The notes beneath the pieces were generated by a model. That model was not told the DNA's origin. It saw nothing but the letters and a program-made list of their open reading frames with translations, and did not search any database. The position numbers and the translations under genes are program-made. A stretch of 64,000 nucleotides of DNA from an uncultured Acidimicrobiales bacterium (lineage in GTDB: Bacteria > Actinomycetota > Acidimicrobiia > Acidimicrobiales > SZUA-35): contig CALHFG010000018.1 in assembly GCA_938029215.1 (NCBI GenBank), positions 49,444 through 113,443 on the forward strand, in the 5' to 3' direction. Below, piece by piece: positions 33,801-43,084 of this stretch (its first letter is position 1; every line of letters begins with the position of its first letter).

Positions 33801-34202
33801 CTCCTTGAACTGGCTGCGGTTCTCGGCCGTTGCAATGGCTTCTGCGTCGGCTCCGATCATCTCCACATCGTGCTCGGCCAGCACGCCTAGCTCTTCGAGC
33901 TCAATGGCGAGGTTCAGTGCCGTCTGTCCCCCGAGGGTGGGCAGCAGGGCGTCAGGGTTTTCCTGTTCGATGATGCGGGTGAGCACTCGAGCAGTGAGCG
34001 GCTCTACGTAGGTGGCGTCCGCGAAGTCCGGGTCGGTCATGATCGTGGCCGGGTTGCTGTTGGCCAGGATGACTCGATAGCCCTCCTCTCGGAGAACTCG
34101 GCACGCCTGGGTTCCCGAGTAGTCAAACTCACAGGCTTGGCCAATGATGATCGGACCCGAGCCGATGACCAGAATGCTGTTGATATCGGTGCGCTTGCCC
34201 AT
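30888..34202 (-). CDS. carB: carbamoyl-phosphate synthase large subunit
   Basis: 1104 aa. [24 protein letters not shown] and a duplicated ATP-grasp architecture. Confidence 0.97.
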   Translation of the reverse strand: MGKRTDINSILVIGSGPIIIGQACEFDYSGTQACRVLREEGYRVILANSNPATIMTDPDFADATYVEPLTARVLTRIIEQENPDALLPTLGGQTALNLAIELEELGVLAEHDVEMIGADAEAIATAENRSQFKEAMLEIGLDVPRSGIATTMEEAHEVLEKISLPVIIRPAYILGGRGTGIAHTPEEFIKVCRNGLDASPANEILVEESITGWKEFELEVMRDRLDNQVIICGIENVDPMGVHTGDSITVAPIQTLTDVEYQEMRNAAFAVLRRVGVETGGSNVQFAVHPETGRMVVIEMNPRVSRSSALASKATGFPIAKIAAKLAVGYTLDQITNDITGVTPASFEPVIDYVVTKIPRWTFEKFPGTKDTLGTAMQSVGEVMAIGRTFTESLQKACRSLEQGHTGLNYGPGAERFADVSLDDLRVKMSIATPDRLFEVEEGLRRGMTIEEVVEVTQIDPWFVDQMSYITEEASALSGESVDGMSRAQWRRAKQLGFSDAQLAQILGADEATVRSKRLEVGVAPTFKTVDTCAGEFEAFTPYHYSTYEDESEVRPGTKPRIVILGSGPNRIGQGIEFDYCCVHASFALSDAGYETVMVNCNPETVSTDYDTSDRLYFEPLTYEDVMNVIDVEDPVGVIVSLGGQTPLKLANLLPPELVLGTSPASIDLAEDREEWAGLCERAGIPQPPGGTASGISEAVGIANDVGYPVLVRPSYVLGGRAMEIVFNDDDLTAAMQAMASDGSLGREGGLSAERPVLIDRFLDDATEVDVDALRDNTGEVMIGGVMEHVEEAGVHSGDSACVLPPPNLSAETISILEGHAKAIADELSVVGLINVQFAVQVSDDGSDNVYVIEANPRASRTVPFVAKATDRPLAKVAARLMAGSTLAEVEAEGLVDRTSPMSGLFAVKEAVLPFGRFPDTDALLGPEMRSTGEVMGLDSSPGLAFVKAQLGSGMDLSPESMNDGAIFLSLADRDKARGIESAKAFHKIGFSFIATAGTAAALAAEGIEVVETLAKLGEDGDVMDGVDGRTAIDAIRAGDVSLVVNTPAGRGARADGSYIRTAASINNIPLITTVAAASAIAIGLTEWATAPLTVRSLQSVRTR

Positions 34203-35332
34203 TAGTTGCCTGCCTTCGCTGCAGCTGGGTTCTCGAGCATCAGTGACTCGAATCGTTCGAACAAATAGCGACTGTCATGGGGCCCTGGGCTCGCTTCGGG
34301 GTGATGCTGCACGCTGAATGCGGGCGCCCCAATGACTTGTATTCCCTCACAGACGCCGTCGTTCAAGTTGACGTGGGTCACGTGGGCCTTGCCGTTGAGC
34401 GACGCGGCGTCGGCGGCAAAGTTGTGATTCTGGCTCGTGATCTCGACCTTGCCAGTGGTCTCGTCGCGTACAGGGTGGTTTGCACCATGGTGGCCAAACG
34501 GCAGCTTGGTAATCGAACCACCAACGGCCGTGGACAACAGCTGATGACCGAGGCATATCCCGAAAATCGGGACTTCTCCAAGCAGTTGCCGGATCGCCTC
34601 GGTGGCGTAGGGAACGGTCCCCGGATCACCGGGACCGTTCGAGAGAAAGACGCCGTCAGGGTTCATGGCCAGGACTGCCGATGCCGGGGTCTGTGCCGGG
34701 ACTACTTCAACTCGGGCGAACTGAGCGAGCTGTTGACCGATGGCGGTCTTCATGCCGTAGTCGTAGGCCACAACGGTGAGATCACGTTCGCTCGGGATGG
34801 TATATGCGGTCGGTGTGGTGACCGTAGAGACGAGGTCGATCCCGTCGGTCCCCGGTTCGTTCTTGGTAGCAGCCGTCAGCTGCTCCATCGACACCGCTCG
34901 TTCTCCCTCAACCGGTCCGAACGAACCGACCATCGCTCCGTTGGTCCGGATCAGGCGCGTGAGGCGTCGAGTGTCGAGGCCGCTGATTCCGGGAAGCGCA
35001 TGGCTGAGGAGAAACGAATTGATATCGCTTTCGCTTCGCCAGTTCGAAGCTCTTCGTGACATCTCTCGCACGATCACGCCACGGCTGAACGATCCACGAC
35101 TCTCTGCGTCGGTTCGGTTGGTTCCATAGTTGCCGATGTGAGGGTATGTGAAGGTGATGATCTGGCCCGCATAGGAAGGATCGGTGATGATCTCCTGGTA
35201 TCCGCTGTGGGCGGTGTTGAACACGACCTCTCCCGAGGCGATGGGATCTCCGTCGGGCAATGCGCCGATGAACTCGCCCTCGAAGGTCGAACCGTCGGCC
35301 ATTACGAGTGCGGCTGCGATTGGTGTAGTCAT
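34202..35332 (-). CDS. carA: carbamoyl-phosphate synthase small (glutaminase) subunit
   Basis: Track ORF trimmed to ATG 35332 (ATGA overlap with the pyrC stop). [32 protein letters not shown]. Confidence 0.95.
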   Translation of the reverse strand: MTTPIAAALVMADGSTFEGEFIGALPDGDPIASGEVVFNTAHSGYQEIITDPSYAGQIITFTYPHIGNYGTNRTDAESRGSFSRGVIVREMSRRASNWRSESDINSFLLSHALPGISGLDTRRLTRLIRTNGAMVGSFGPVEGERAVSMEQLTAATKNEPGTDGIDLVSTVTTPTAYTIPSERDLTVVAYDYGMKTAIGQQLAQFARVEVVPAQTPASAVLAMNPDGVFLSNGPGDPGTVPYATEAIRQLLGEVPIFGICLGHQLLSTAVGGSITKLPFGHHGANHPVRDETTGKVEITSQNHNFAADAASLNGKAHVTHVNLNDGVCEGIQVIGAPAFSVQHHPEASPGPHDSRYLFERFESLMLENPAAAKAGN

Positions 35333-36624
35333 CGGGTTACCTCGAAATTGGCGAGAACGTGCTCGCCCTTGTAGAACGTGTGACGCGCCCGGCCACGTAG
35401 CGAGCGTCCTTCGAACGGAGTGTTTGAAGCGATGCTCGACATGGCCGCGCCCGACACCTCCCACTGATGCTCCAGATCGAGCACTGCGATATTGGCTGGA
35501 CGGCCGGCCGCCAGGGCCGCCCCTTGAGTGTCGGTCATGCGGGCGATCGCCGCTGGCCGGTTGGTGAGCAGGGCCAATAGATCAGCCAGCGGAAGGTCCA
35601 GCTCCTCCAACGCCACGGCGAACGCAGTTTCCAGGCCCAGCATCCCGGGCGGAGCCTCGTCGAAGGAGCGCTCCTTTGATTCGTCGGTATGGGGCGCGTG
35701 GTCTGTGGCGATGGCATCGATGGTGCCATCCTCCAGACCTGCTTTGACCGCCGCTCGGTCTGCATCGGTTCGCAGCGGCGGATGTACCTTGAAAACAGGA
35801 TCAAAGCTCGCGCACGCTGCGTCGGTAAGGCTGAAGTGATGGGGGGTCGCCTCGGCAGTGACGGGGAGGCCGCCGGCTTTCGCGGCTCGCACCATGGCTA
35901 CCGCTCCTGCGGTAGACACGTGCTGAAAATGCACATGTACCCCGGTGAGTCGCGAGAGCGCAATGTCCCTCATCACCATAAGATCTTCGGCTTCGGCGGG
36001 TTGGCCACCGAGACCCAGCTTGGCTGACCACTCGCCCTCGTTCATCACGCCACCCTTACTCAGGGCTTCTACTTCGCAATGTTGGGCGAGAACCACCGGT
36101 CGGCCGTCATCGGGAAGCCCGCCCGCATACTCCAAGGCGGAGCGCATGAACTTGGCGTCCTGAACACCGTTGCCGTCGTCGGTGAAGATTCTGACCCCGG
36201 CGTGAACCAGCTCGCCCATGGGGCTGAGTTGTTCGCCTTTTCGGCCAACTGAAATCGCCGCGGACGGCGAAACTTCGCACAGGGCCTTTCGACCGGCGGC
36301 CATTACTTGCTCGACAACTGCGACCGAGTCGGTTGACGGAGTGGTATTTGGCATCGCCACAACCCCGGTGAAACCGCCACGCGCCGCCGCCCGACTACCG
36401 GTGAGAATCGTCTCTGCCGCTTCCATCCCCGGTTCACGAAGATGAACATGAAGATCTACAAACCCGGGGGAAACGACAAGACCTTCACAGTCCAGCTCCT
36501 CGTCGGCTCCCAAGCCCTTTCCGACCTCGACGATGAGACCGGAGTCGGTATCGATCACAACGTCAGCGATTCGGTCTCCGTTGCCGTCGACCACACGGCC
36601 GTCCTTCAGTACCAGGGTGCTCAT
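35329..36624 (-). CDS. pyrC: dihydroorotase
   Basis: 431 aa. PGFVDLHVHLREPG, DHAPH. Confidence 0.93.
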   Translation of the reverse strand: MSTLVLKDGRVVDGNGDRIADVVIDTDSGLIVEVGKGLGADEELDCEGLVVSPGFVDLHVHLREPGMEAAETILTGSRAAARGGFTGVVAMPNTTPSTDSVAVVEQVMAAGRKALCEVSPSAAISVGRKGEQLSPMGELVHAGVRIFTDDGNGVQDAKFMRSALEYAGGLPDDGRPVVLAQHCEVEALSKGGVMNEGEWSAKLGLGGQPAEAEDLMVMRDIALSRLTGVHVHFQHVSTAGAVAMVRAAKAGGLPVTAEATPHHFSLTDAACASFDPVFKVHPPLRTDADRAAVKAGLEDGTIDAIATDHAPHTDESKERSFDEAPPGMLGLETAFAVALEELDLPLADLLALLTNRPAAIARMTDTQGAALAAGRPANIAVLDLEHQWEVSGAAMSSIASNTPFEGRSLRGRARHTFYKGEHVLANFEVTR

Positions 36625-37715
36625 GCGGTTTCTTTCACCTTCGTTGCAGGATCTGACGCATTGTCAGGTTTGGTTGAGGAGTCCTGCGGCGCAGGATCGA
36701 CGTGATCGGATCCGGATTCTTCGCCTTCGGCAGGGTCGGGAGTGTCGACCAGGTTGAGGTCCTCGACCACCGCCCGCTCGTCGTCGGTGTCGAAACGGCC
36801 AGGACCGAGGATGGAGTACAGAACCGCCATACGCACCACGACGCCATTGGCGACCTGTTGGGTAACGAGAGACCGGTCGCTGTCGGCCACCGCCGCATCG
36901 ATCTCGACGCCTCGATTCATGGGGCCCGGGTGCATCACAACCGCATGGGGGGCCATACGCGAGGCACGCTCGGCGGTGAGCCCATAGACAGAGCGATACT
37001 CACCAATTCCTGGGATCACCGCTTCGGCGATTCGTTCGCGCTGGATTCGTAGCATGTAGGCAACGTCGACGCTATCGATCACGTCGTCGATGTTCTTCAC
37101 AACACTGACCGGGTAACCGAACATGGTTCCATCGCGGTGGGGAGGGAGCAACGTGTGAGGACCGCAGACCACGACCTCAGCTCCCATCCGGGTAAACAGG
37201 GAGATGTTCGAGCGAGCAACCCTACTATTGAGGATGTCGCCCGCCAGCAGAATCCGCTTGCCAGCGATCTCCCCGAGCGCCTCCCGCATCGTGTATGCAT
37301 CGAGGAGGGCTTGGGTGGGGTGTTGATGACGACCATCGCCGGCGTTGACAATGGCGGCGTCGGTGTAGCGGCTAATTGCGCCGGGGACTCCAGGGTGGGC
37401 GTGACGAACCACGATCGCGTCGACCCCCATCGCCGTGATGGTCTCAACCGTGTCACGTAGTGATTCGCCCTTGCTAAGGGACGAGGCACCTGCGGCAAAG
37501 GTTGCGACATCGGCCGACAAGCGGCGAGCTGCGATGTCGAAGCTTGACCGGGTTCTCGTGGAGTCTTCAAAGAACGCCATCACGATGGTTTTGCCGCGCA
37601 GTGCCGGAACTTTGGGCACGGACCGCTTTTGAACCTCGGCGAAACTTGCCGCCAGGTCGAGAAGGCTTTCAATGTCGTTTTCGCTTAGATCATCGATCGA
37701 AAGGAGCTGCTTCAC
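36621..37715 (-). CDS. pyrB: aspartate carbamoyltransferase catalytic subunit with a ~50-aa acidic C-terminal extension
   Basis: 364 aa. FFEDSTRTRSSF, HPTQALLD, HPGPMNRG. The tail is DTDDERAVVEDLNLVDTPDPAEGEESGSDHVDPAPQDSSTKPDNASDPATKVKETA. Confidence 0.95.
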   Translation of the reverse strand: MKQLLSIDDLSENDIESLLDLAASFAEVQKRSVPKVPALRGKTIVMAFFEDSTRTRSSFDIAARRLSADVATFAAGASSLSKGESLRDTVETITAMGVDAIVVRHAHPGVPGAISRYTDAAIVNAGDGRHQHPTQALLDAYTMREALGEIAGKRILLAGDILNSRVARSNISLFTRMGAEVVVCGPHTLLPPHRDGTMFGYPVSVVKNIDDVIDSVDVAYMLRIQRERIAEAVIPGIGEYRSVYGLTAERASRMAPHAVVMHPGPMNRGVEIDAAVADSDRSLVTQQVANGVVVRMAVLYSILGPGRFDTDDERAVVEDLNLVDTPDPAEGEESGSDHVDPAPQDSSTKPDNASDPATKVKETA

Positions 37716-38299
37716 TGTCCGCCCTTTTGCATCTCGCCCAGCTCGACCGAATCCATCGTGGCGTTCACCACTTCGATTCTGCGGGTGGGAAGGTTCTTTC
37801 CTACGAAGTCGGGACGGATGGGCAACTCCCGATGTCCCCGATCAACCATGACCGCCAACTGCACTGCACGGGTTCGGCCCTGATCGAGCAGGGCGTCGAG
37901 CGCGGCACGGATAGTCCGCCCGGTGAACAACACGTCATCTACCAGAATCACGGTTTTTCGGTCGATGTCGAACGGCATATCGGTGACCGCTTCGGGCAAG
38001 ACCGGCCTCAGATTGATGTCATCGCGATAGAACGCGACATCGAGCTTGCCGAGGGGCACCTCGGTGCCTTCGATGTCTGCAAGCTGGCGCGCGATCGCCG
38101 AGGCGAAGGCAATCCCCCCGGTTTGAAGGCCTACGACACATACATCGGTGAGGCCTTCGTTCCGCTCGATGATCTCATGCGCCATGCGACGCACCGCCCG
38201 AGCGACTGCATCACGGTCAAGGACCGTAGTTCTGGGTACAAAAACGCCCCCGTAAGGGGGCGCAAGTTGACGTTCGCGTTCAGCCATTGCTGCCGCCAA
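37712..38299 (-). CDS. pyrR: bifunctional pyr operon regulator / uracil phosphoribosyltransferase PyrR
   Basis: VILVDDVLFTGRTIRAALDAL and QLAVMVDRGHRELPIRPDFVGKN. The start is either TTG 38299 or ATG 38287. Confidence 0.93.
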   Translation of the reverse strand: MAAAMAERERQLAPPYGGVFVPRTTVLDRDAVARAVRRMAHEIIERNEGLTDVCVVGLQTGGIAFASAIARQLADIEGTEVPLGKLDVAFYRDDINLRPVLPEAVTDMPFDIDRKTVILVDDVLFTGRTIRAALDALLDQGRTRAVQLAVMVDRGHRELPIRPDFVGKNLPTRRIEVVNATMDSVELGEMQKGGQ

Positions 38300-38309
38300 G
38301 GTATTCCAT
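38280..38309 (-). other. candidate 9-codon leader ORF MEYLGGSNG*, whose stop overlaps the pyrR ATG at 38287
   Basis: Read directly. AGGAG (38319-38315), a 5-nt spacer, ATG 38309 and TGA at 38282-38280. The only good SD in the leader serves this ORF, not either pyrR start. Confidence 0.35.
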
Positions 38310-38322
38310 CGGTTCTCCTGTC

Positions 38323-38352
38323 CCGTATGAGCCTCCCGGACTCATTTCACGG
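38323..38352 (-). promoter_or_regulatory. PyrR-binding-loop-like RNA hairpin in the pyrR leader
   Basis: The minus-strand RNA reads CCGU-GAA-AUGAGUC-CGGGA-GGCUCAU-ACGG: lower stem, purine bulge, upper stem, terminal loop. AGUCCGGGAGGCU resembles the PyrR box ARUCCAGAGAGGYU. It lies 3 nt upstream of the leader SD. Confidence 0.6.
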
Positions 38353-38384
38353 TTCAAGGCAAAGTCTATCCGGCCCGGCCAGCG

Positions 38385-39176
38385 TTAATAACCAGTTGCG
38401 GATTGATCTAGCGAAGTTCCTGCTTTCGCCGCGGCCACCGCAGCGCTCGAGAGCAACTCGGCCGACTGCACGTCGCTGGTAACGGTGACCATTTGGAAGC
38501 CGAAGTCCAGTCGATCCGCCGCCATCTTGGGTGTGCTGTGCACACCGGGTGCAATACCGTTGGCCTTCGCTGCCGCAATAATCCGCTCACTGGCGTCGAG
38601 AAATCTTTGATCCATCTGCTCGAGGTTTGGAGGAATGCCGATCGAGCGACTCATATCCGAAGGCCCAACGTAGAACGCGTCGATCCCGGGGACGTTCGCG
38701 ATGTCTTCTACAACGCTCAGCGCCTCAACCGTCTCGATCATTGGAATGCACACGATCTGGTCGTTTGTGTCGGGGGCGCCGTAGTTGGGTCCCAACGCAC
38801 CGGCCGCAACGATCGGCCCGTTGCTCCGTGAGCCGAGTGGGGGGTAGTTACACGCTGCAACCGCGGCCTCGGCCTCGGCTACCGAGTTGACCATTGGAAT
38901 GATCACACCCATCGCTCCAGCGTCCAGAACACGACCGATGATTCCCGGCTCGTTCCACGGGACTCGAACGATTGGAGTGGCCGGAGATCCTTCCATTGCC
39001 ATCAGCATCGCCAGCGTCTCCCGATAGTCGGCCGTGCCGTGTTGCATGTCGATACAGACATAGTCAGCCCCAGTACCTGCGAGCCGACGAGCCAGAAGAG
39101 GATCCGCCAACGACAGCCACAGTCCGACGGTGTTTTCACCGCGTTGCCAGGCGGATTTCAGAGTGTTTTCGCGCAC
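38385..39176 (-). CDS. HpcH/HpaI family aldolase
   Basis: 263 aa. GLWLSL...ADYVCIDMQHG...PIVRVPWNEPG...IPMVNS...IPMIETVEAL. GTG start. Confidence 0.85.
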   Translation of the reverse strand: MRENTLKSAWQRGENTVGLWLSLADPLLARRLAGTGADYVCIDMQHGTADYRETLAMLMAMEGSPATPIVRVPWNEPGIIGRVLDAGAMGVIIPMVNSVAEAEAAVAACNYPPLGSRSNGPIVAAGALGPNYGAPDTNDQIVCIPMIETVEALSVVEDIANVPGIDAFYVGPSDMSRSIGIPPNLEQMDQRFLDASERIIAAAKANGIAPGVHSTPKMAADRLDFGFQMVTVTSDVQSAELLSSAAVAAAKAGTSLDQSATGY

Positions 39177-39338
39177 TCCCGCACCCTACTGCACCCATCT
39201 CGATCTCAGTACGGGGCCGCCGATTTGGCTCTCCTTGGGGCAGGGAAGCTGGGACGAATTGGATGATCGCGAGGTTCTCTGCGTGATCAGCAACTACGAC
39301 GAGACCAAGAAAACCGGTTCTGCAAAGAACACGGGGGT

Positions 39339-39779
39339 CTAGTCGGCGACTTCTGCCTCGCCCTCAGCCTCACCCTGCAGTGAGCGTTGGATCGTGCCAA
39401 GAATGCCGTTTACAAATCGACTGCTCTCCTCGGTGGAGAACAGGCCCGTGAGATACACCGTCTCGGCGATCACCACGCCGGGCGGTGTTTTCGATTCCAA
39501 CAGCTCTGCGGCCCCCAAGCGAAGAAGCGTGAGATCCATCAACGGCATCCGATGAAGGTCCCAGTTAGCTGAGGCCTCGGCAATACGCCGATCAGCTTCA
39601 TCCTTGTGGGTTTCGGCATCGGTGAGCAGCTGCACGGTGAGCTCATCTGGAGCGATGACTCGTTCCGCGAGAAGATCGGCGACGCTGAGCCCACGTACCT
39701 GTTGTTCATAGGCGAGCTCGACCGCATTTTCACGTGCGGCGCGTCGGCTCCCAATTTCACCGCGGACTTGGGCTTTCAT
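39339..39779 (-). CDS. nusB: transcription antitermination factor NusB
   Basis: 146 aa. RRAARENAVELAYE...WDLHRMPLMDLTLLRLGAAEL...PPGVVIAETV. 1-nt overlap with the efp stop. Confidence 0.92.
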   Translation of the reverse strand: MKAQVRGEIGSRRAARENAVELAYEQQVRGLSVADLLAERVIAPDELTVQLLTDAETHKDEADRRIAEASANWDLHRMPLMDLTLLRLGAAELLESKTPPGVVIAETVYLTGLFSTEESSRFVNGILGTIQRSLQGEAEGEAEVAD

Positions 39780-40342
39780 CAGGCGCGGGTGATGTACTCG
39801 CCCGAGCGGGTGTCGACCTTTACGACGTCACCCTGCTCAACGAAAAGCGGAACCTGAATGACAAGGCCAGTTTCGAGGGTGGCCGGCTTACGCGCCCCCG
39901 AGACGCGGTCGCCTTGGACGCCGGGCTCGGTCTCGGTGATGGTGAGCTCCACCGAAGCAGACATGTCGGAACCGACGATCTCGTCTCCGTAGAACTGGAT
40001 CGTGATGGTGTCGCCTTCACGCAGGTAATTTCCGGCATCACCCATGGTTTCGGCCGGAACCGTGAGCTGCTCGTAGCTCTCGGCATCCATGACAACGAAG
40101 CCATCCTGATCCTTATAGAGGAACTGTTGGTCGCGCTTTTCGATGAAGGCCCGCTCCATACGCTCGCCCGCTCGGAACGTACGATCAACGACCGCCCCGG
40201 TGCGCATATTGCGAAGGGTGGTACGAACAAACGCTCCGCCCTTGCCCGGTTTCACGTGCTGAAACTCATTGATCTGGTAAAGCCCATCGCTGCCCAGATC
40301 GATGGCCATTCCGTTTTTGAAGTCTGAGGTGTTGATCGCCAT
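39779..40342 (-). CDS. efp: elongation factor P
   Basis: 187 aa. INTSDFKNGMAI...EFQHVKPGKGGAFVRTTLRN...ETGLVIQVPLF. Confidence 0.97.
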   Translation of the reverse strand: MAINTSDFKNGMAIDLGSDGLYQINEFQHVKPGKGGAFVRTTLRNMRTGAVVDRTFRAGERMERAFIEKRDQQFLYKDQDGFVVMDAESYEQLTVPAETMGDAGNYLREGDTITIQFYGDEIVGSDMSASVELTITETEPGVQGDRVSGARKPATLETGLVIQVPLFVEQGDVVKVDTRSGEYITRA

Positions 40343-40427
40343 AGCCCCACCAGTCTAGGTCGAGCGTGTGGGGATCATCGTCGACGCTGCCTGCCCGTCC
40401 GATCTACCCAGGTGCCGGCAGCTCCGC

Positions 40428-41525
40428 CTACAGCGCTGGACACAGACCTTTGGGAAAGTTAGTGATCGTCTCGGGGCCAGCTTCGGAGGTGATCACAAGA
40501 TCTTCAACCCGCACTCCCCCGATGCCGGGAACGTACGCACCAGGTTCGACCGTGAGCGCCATCGACGGGACAACCACACCCTCGACTCGGGCCGACAGGA
40601 TGGGATTTTCGTGGATGAACAAGCCAACGCCGTGACCGGTTCCGTGCTCGTACACACCTTCCTGCCCCGAGGCCTCAAGGTGGCTTCGAGTTTCGTGGTG
40701 GATCGATCGCAGTTCTCTACCGACCTGAGCAACCTCCACTCCATGCTGCTGAGCTTGCAACACGTTTTCATACCAACGCTGCTGGTGGGCGGTCGGCTTT
40801 GCTGAGCCCACCACAATCGTGCGTGTCATATCGGACCCATAGCCTTCAACGGTGGCTCCGAAATCAATCACCACAAGGTCGCCGTCTTCAATCGTTCGAG
40901 CCGAAGGACGAGCGTGAGGTTTTGCGCCGTTGGGGCCGCTCGCCATGATGGTGCTGAAGCTCGCTCGTTCCGAGCCGCGCTCGGCCATCTCCCATTCCAG
41001 CAGGCGAGCCAGTTTCAACTCGGTCTCGCCAGCCACAATATTGGGGAGGAGTGCGGCTAGTGCGTCGTCGGCTATCTGGCCCGCTCGCCGGAGCGCTGCA
41101 ACCTCATCGGTGTCCTTGATGCGTCGCAATTCGGCGATCTGACCCGCAGACGGAGCGAGCGCGAGCTTGGATCCAGCGTCGACCAAGGCGGTCTGCATCT
41201 CGTCAGCGGCGCTGACGGTGAGGTGGTCTGACTCGAACCCGATGGTAGGAGCATCCACCCGCTCGAGGAGAAGGTCCGACACTCGCTCGCCCGGCGCAGA
41301 AGAGGCGATGACCACCTCGACCTCTGCCGGAACTTCGTTCGAACCCTGCTCGCGATACCGGCTGTCGGTGATCAAGGCTGCTGCCCCTCCACTGACCAAC
41401 ACCTGCCCATTCGAACCGGTAAACCCGGTAAGCCATCGGACATTGAGCGGATTCGAAACCAACAGGTACGAGCCATCGACACCGAGGATCGATCGAAGGT
41501 TTTCTAGCCGACCGACATGGTTCAT
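40428..41525 (-). CDS. pepP: M24 family Xaa-Pro aminopeptidase/dipeptidase
   Basis: 365 aa. DLVVIDFGA..GYGSDMTRT, HGTGHGVGLFIHENP, VEPGAYVPGIGGVRVED. Confidence 0.9.
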   Translation of the reverse strand: MNHVGRLENLRSILGVDGSYLLVSNPLNVRWLTGFTGSNGQVLVSGGAAALITDSRYREQGSNEVPAEVEVVIASSAPGERVSDLLLERVDAPTIGFESDHLTVSAADEMQTALVDAGSKLALAPSAGQIAELRRIKDTDEVAALRRAGQIADDALAALLPNIVAGETELKLARLLEWEMAERGSERASFSTIMASGPNGAKPHARPSARTIEDGDLVVIDFGATVEGYGSDMTRTIVVGSAKPTAHQQRWYENVLQAQQHGVEVAQVGRELRSIHHETRSHLEASGQEGVYEHGTGHGVGLFIHENPILSARVEGVVVPSMALTVEPGAYVPGIGGVRVEDLVITSEAGPETITNFPKGLCPAL

Positions 41526-43072
41526 CGATCAAAAACCGAAAAGGCAGCGAGGAGGAGCTCTCGATCGTCGATCCGCACCGGCTCCACTCCGTTGGGACCA
41601 TCGAGCACAAAAGTGACACCGTCGACGGCCTTCTTATCTCGACTGAACAGGTCGACCAGTTCGGAAGGCTCGACCCCATCGGGCAGCGACGCATCTATCC
41701 CGTACGCGTCGAGAACTCGAAAATGTTCAGCGACGTGAGCATCATCGACTCGGCCGAGTCGCCGGGCGAGCTCCGCGGCATACGGAAGCCCGATCGCCAC
41801 CGCCGTTCCGTGGCGAAGCGTGTAGCTCTTGGCCGTTTCCAACGCATGCGCCAAGGTATGGCCGTAGTTGAGAATGGCTCGGCGACCACCCTCGGTCTCA
41901 TCCTCAGCCACCACATCGGCCTTCAGGCGGACACAGGCCGCCACTCGTTCGGCCAGTTCAAGCTCATCGAGACGGCCGCCGCCGAGAAAGTGATACTTGG
42001 CAAGCTCGCCCATTCCCGCGTCGTATTCGAGTTTGGGCAACGTCGACAACGTCTCGGTGTCGCAGAGGACCGCGGTTGGTTGCCAGAAGGAACCGACCAG
42101 GTTCTTTCCTTCGGCGAGATTGACACCGCACTTCCCCCCAACCGACGCATCGATCTGACCCAGCAACGTGGTCGAAACGTGAATGACGCCAATTCCGCGG
42201 TGATAGACGGAAGCAACGAAGCCGGCAAGATCGGTGACGACACCACCTCCGACACCGACCACCACATCGTTTCGGGTCATACCCCATCGAGCCATTTCAC
42301 TGGTCAATGACTCGACGGTGGACAGCTGCTTTGCGGCCTCGCCCTCCGGGACGTGAAAGACACGGTGCTCGATGCCAGGATCCACCGACCACGGCAGATG
42401 TTCTTGCGTGATGATGGCGGCCCGCTTGGCCGCGGCGGGCATGACCTCCGCGAGGTGGTGACGAACCCCGTCTCCAACATGGACGGTGTAATCGCGCCCA
42501 CCCCCGACATCGACTGCTTCATAGAACACCGGACCCTGCGTGACGGGCGCGGCAGCGACCGCCTTGGCCACGAGGTCGACGGTCTTTGGAACCGAGTGTC
42601 CGTCGACGCTGATCGATGCATCTGCGACCGATTGGTACGCCCGTTGCCGCTCTCGGTGGAGGTGCGTGAGAGCCTCAACGGGATCTGCTCCGAGGAGGGG
42701 ACGATTTGGGTCAGTGCCGATCCGTCCGGCAAGCACCTCTGGTGAGCCGTTGAGGTAGACGACTGTTGCATCGGCGAGTTCAAGTGCCTTGCGATTGGGT
42801 TCGGCCAACACCACCCCGCCCCCCGTGGCGAGCACAAAGGGCTCACTGCCCGAGAGCACCTCCAAAAGGGCCCCCGTCTCACGGGTACGGAAGCCGGGTT
42901 CGCCCTCTGCGTCGAAGATGGCGGGGATGGTCAGCTGCGAACGCTGTTCGATGACTTCGTCCAAATCAACGAAACGACGACCGGATCGGATGGCGAGACG
43001 CCGACCGATGGTGGACTTTCCTGCTCCCATAAGACCAACGAGGACGACCGAACGCATGCTGCCAGAGTACAA
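41522..43072 (-). CDS. aroKB: fused shikimate kinase / 3-dehydroquinate synthase (AroK-AroB)
   Basis: 516 aa. N-terminal VVLVGLMGAGKSTIGRRLA plus ATGGGVV (AroK). The C-terminal ~350 aa carry GVGGGVVTDLAGFVA, GKNLVGSFWQP and NYGHTLAHALE (AroB). Confidence 0.9.
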   Translation of the reverse strand: MYSGSMRSVVLVGLMGAGKSTIGRRLAIRSGRRFVDLDEVIEQRSQLTIPAIFDAEGEPGFRTRETGALLEVLSGSEPFVLATGGGVVLAEPNRKALELADATVVYLNGSPEVLAGRIGTDPNRPLLGADPVEALTHLHRERQRAYQSVADASISVDGHSVPKTVDLVAKAVAAAPVTQGPVFYEAVDVGGGRDYTVHVGDGVRHHLAEVMPAAAKRAAIITQEHLPWSVDPGIEHRVFHVPEGEAAKQLSTVESLTSEMARWGMTRNDVVVGVGGGVVTDLAGFVASVYHRGIGVIHVSTTLLGQIDASVGGKCGVNLAEGKNLVGSFWQPTAVLCDTETLSTLPKLEYDAGMGELAKYHFLGGGRLDELELAERVAACVRLKADVVAEDETEGGRRAILNYGHTLAHALETAKSYTLRHGTAVAIGLPYAAELARRLGRVDDAHVAEHFRVLDAYGIDASLPDGVEPSELVDLFSRDKKAVDGVTFVLDGPNGVEPVRIDDRELLLAAFSVFDR

Positions 43073-43084
43073 GTACTGGGTTGG

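Noticed and set aside
37502-38482. 326-aa plus-strand ORF spanning the pyrB/pyrR/leader region
   Set aside because: It is antisense to pyrR and pyrB. Shadow ORF.
39177-39338. 162-nt gap between nusB and the aldolase gene, inspected for a tRNA, sRNA or terminator
   Set aside because: There is no cloverleaf-compatible sequence and only a weak AGAACCGGUUUUCU element. Nothing is convincing.
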